From the NCBI GenBank assembly GCA_030041985.1, contig JASIAM010000264.1:1-17241 (forward strand): 17,241 nt of DNA, read 5' to 3'. Shown piece by piece: positions 16,501-17,241 of the stretch. A program made the translations under genes and the position numbers. Origin of the DNA: Bryobacteraceae bacterium (GTDB taxonomy: Bacteria > Acidobacteriota > Terriglobia > Bryobacterales > Bryobacteraceae). Under the pieces are notes generated by a model. The model was not told where the DNA came from, did not search any database, and was given only the letters and a program-made list of their open reading frames with translations. The number at the start of each line of letters is the position of its first letter. The first letter of the stretch is position 1.

Positions 16501-17148
16501 GCCGGAGGGTTGTATCTGAACCGAAGCTCCAGCCATAATGACGGAATCGCCGGTCTGGGTTGACATGGGGACAATGCCGGGCTGGAGAGCCAGAAGATCG
16601 GTGTAGCTGCGGCCATTGAGTGCGACATCCGTCATCGTTTTCGCGGCTACCACATCGCCCATCTGCGTGCTGGCCTTCTCAATGTGCACTTCCACGTCGC
16701 CCGCGGTGTCGCTGACTGTAACCTGCTGCGTTTGCTCAGCTACCTGGAGGGTCATGTTCTGCGAGATATCGGCATTCGTGTCAACCACGAGACCCGTTCT
16801 TTTTTCGGAGCGGAATCCTTTCGCCACAAAAAGGATGTCGTAGGTGCCCACCGGGACGCTGGGAAAGACGTAGTCGCCGTGGTCGTCGGCTGTAACTTTT
16901 GTCTCGATTCCCTGCGCTGTATTGGTGATGCTGATTGATACCATAGGGATACCGGCTCCGCTAGTATCTGTTATCGTTCCGGCGATCTTGCCGGTGGTTG
17001 CGGCCAAGGCCGCTCCTGCGAAAGCGGAAGCAAGAAAAATAAGCCCGGCCACCAGCCGGCGGGGGCTTGCGCATAATTCCATTACACGTACTCTCCCTCT
17101 AATTAGCGTTGATACGTGCGAAAGTAGCACCAAATCGCCTCGCACCAT
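13543..17148 (-). CDS. TonB-dependent outer-membrane receptor with N-terminal carboxypeptidase-regulatory-like domain
   Basis: A probable signal peptide MELCASPRRLVAGLIFLASAFAGAALA starts at the ATG at 17080-17082, which is the likely true start. Carboxypeptidase-regulatory-like domain: KIAGTITDTSGAGIPMVSISITN...DHGDYVFPSVPVGTYDI. Plug-like segment DVALNGRSYTDLLALQPGIV. Very long barrel ending in the aromatic C-terminus LKFLF. Confidence 0.85.
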   Translation of the reverse strand: MVRGDLVLLSHVSTLIRGRVRVMELCASPRRLVAGLIFLASAFAGAALAATTGKIAGTITDTSGAGIPMVSISITNTAQGIETKVTADDHGDYVFPSVPVGTYDILFVAKGFRSEKRTGLVVDTNADISQNMTLQVAEQTQQVTVSDTAGDVEVHIEKASTQMGDVVAAKTMTDVALNGRSYTDLLALQPGIVPMSTQTGDSVIMAGASVQIQPSGGLNAGNQSISGQREDANGYLVNGGDVKELMNGGTTIIPDLDSLAEFRVLTNNFDAEFGNYSGGIVNVITKSGANEVHGSAFEFLRNTDLDARNFFSPDRSFYRQNQFGGTVGGPIRKDKIFYFVDYQGTRTNQGIDTGLIAVPSVQERTGDLSGVASQLTGSVSGSYLANILTQKLNYGVTAGEPYYFPGCTTPQLCVFPNAVIPSYAWSSPAQHLLQYIPQPNVGSDEFSTGAVGQITRDDKGSFRLDANTDHYGTFSAYYFFDDFTQNNPYPSGQGGATVPGFNALNLGRGQLFNFSHTKAIGSTSVNEFHLSYMRDANNVGQPQGGVGPSLASQGFVTGAGTTGIYPLDPAIEGIENIEFNAFTMGLPITNLKQWNNTYSANDNFSRVIGDHSLKAGFEASYEQVNVTPDAMFNGSFTFSGQETGLDFADFLIGTPQYFNQQDSQSYYIRHRYEGAYVQDSWRLRPNLTVNYGVRYDHMEFWSEKFNQIPTYIPGEQSVIWPNAPLGLVYPGDPGVSNTLVPSKNRFSPRIGVAWSPGGGKTSIRAGYGIFESVIEGNVMAIDEPQPPYGLSYTSPAPPLFDQPYVAAGNGTFLGNPYPFAFPTLNQTASHPNPEQFGIFLPQAGMTSPEPWNTYPYNENYFLSIQRQITENTMLSVSYVGSQAHHLLLVYSADPGNPQLCLQLSVPYGQPGSILAQGTQPCGPGLENNTYLLANGQTINGTRTGPLGVTGDYANDDYDATVANSNYNSLQAAFRHAGRNYNFSFNYTFSKSIDQASSISDTGNPYDLASTRALSAFNIAHNFVATYTVNLPFYRLTNHWRPVTSGWQLSGITRITTGFPVTLHSDADNSLQGSSPNGVNNHYLDVPDYNGLPLQINSNPRNGQPYFNIAAFSQNALGEPGTASRRSFAGPGEMNFDLDLLRNFKVTETKQLQFRFEAFNAFNHAQFFGPKSVQGEILDANFGYVINAQPPRLVQVALKFLF

Positions 17149-17241
17149 CTCCCGAAGAGGACAATTTAAGGCGAGTAACCGGCATGTGACCGCGCCGTAA
17201 CCACAAATGTTGTTTGTTTTCAGGCACTCAGAACACGCTTG

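Noticed and set aside
1-17241. CRISPR arrays, tRNA/rRNA genes, IS elements or integrase/transposase genes
   Set aside because: No spaced identical direct repeats were seen. No T-loop-like GGTTCGAATCC-type signatures appear in the intergenic regions. No ORF has transposase or integrase motifs.

Overview
This is a high-GC (~60%) window that looks like a transition-metal homeostasis neighbourhood. It is probably from an Acidobacteriota-like genome; that is an inference from the ~1200-aa TonB-dependent receptor with an N-terminal carboxypeptidase-regulatory-like domain. Gene order: (i) a CbiM/NikM-like Co/Ni uptake component (minus strand, 90-755); (ii) a 630-nt divergent intergenic region; (iii) three translationally coupled genes, with ATGA overlaps at 2494-2497 and 3603-3606, encoding an HflC-like SPFH protein, an HflK-like SPFH protein and a P1B-type heavy-metal P-type ATPase that has no N-terminal HMA domain; (iv) a ZnuC/ZnuB-like metal ABC importer pair with no binding-protein gene in the window; (v) a third SPFH protein fused to a ~300-aa polytopic N-terminal domain; (vi) two tandem paralogous 4-TM proteins of unknown function; (vii) a DksA/TraR-family C4 zinc-finger protein; (viii) on the minus strand, an outer-membrane porin-like beta-barrel and the giant TonB-dependent receptor. 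The most interesting candidate is the SPFH-SPFH-P1B-ATPase operon. By analogy to HflK/C-FtsH, it may encode a membrane cage or microdomain dedicated to a metal pump, and the third SPFH-fusion protein may belong with it. Other observations: a 33-bp tandem duplication that copies the coupled stop/start junction at the ATPase start; a short relic of a znuC-like signature motif downstream of the third SPFH gene; and several candidate operator-like palindromes and direct repeats. No tRNA, rRNA, CRISPR array or obvious mobile element was seen. Family assignments are from motif recognition by eye, not database searches.
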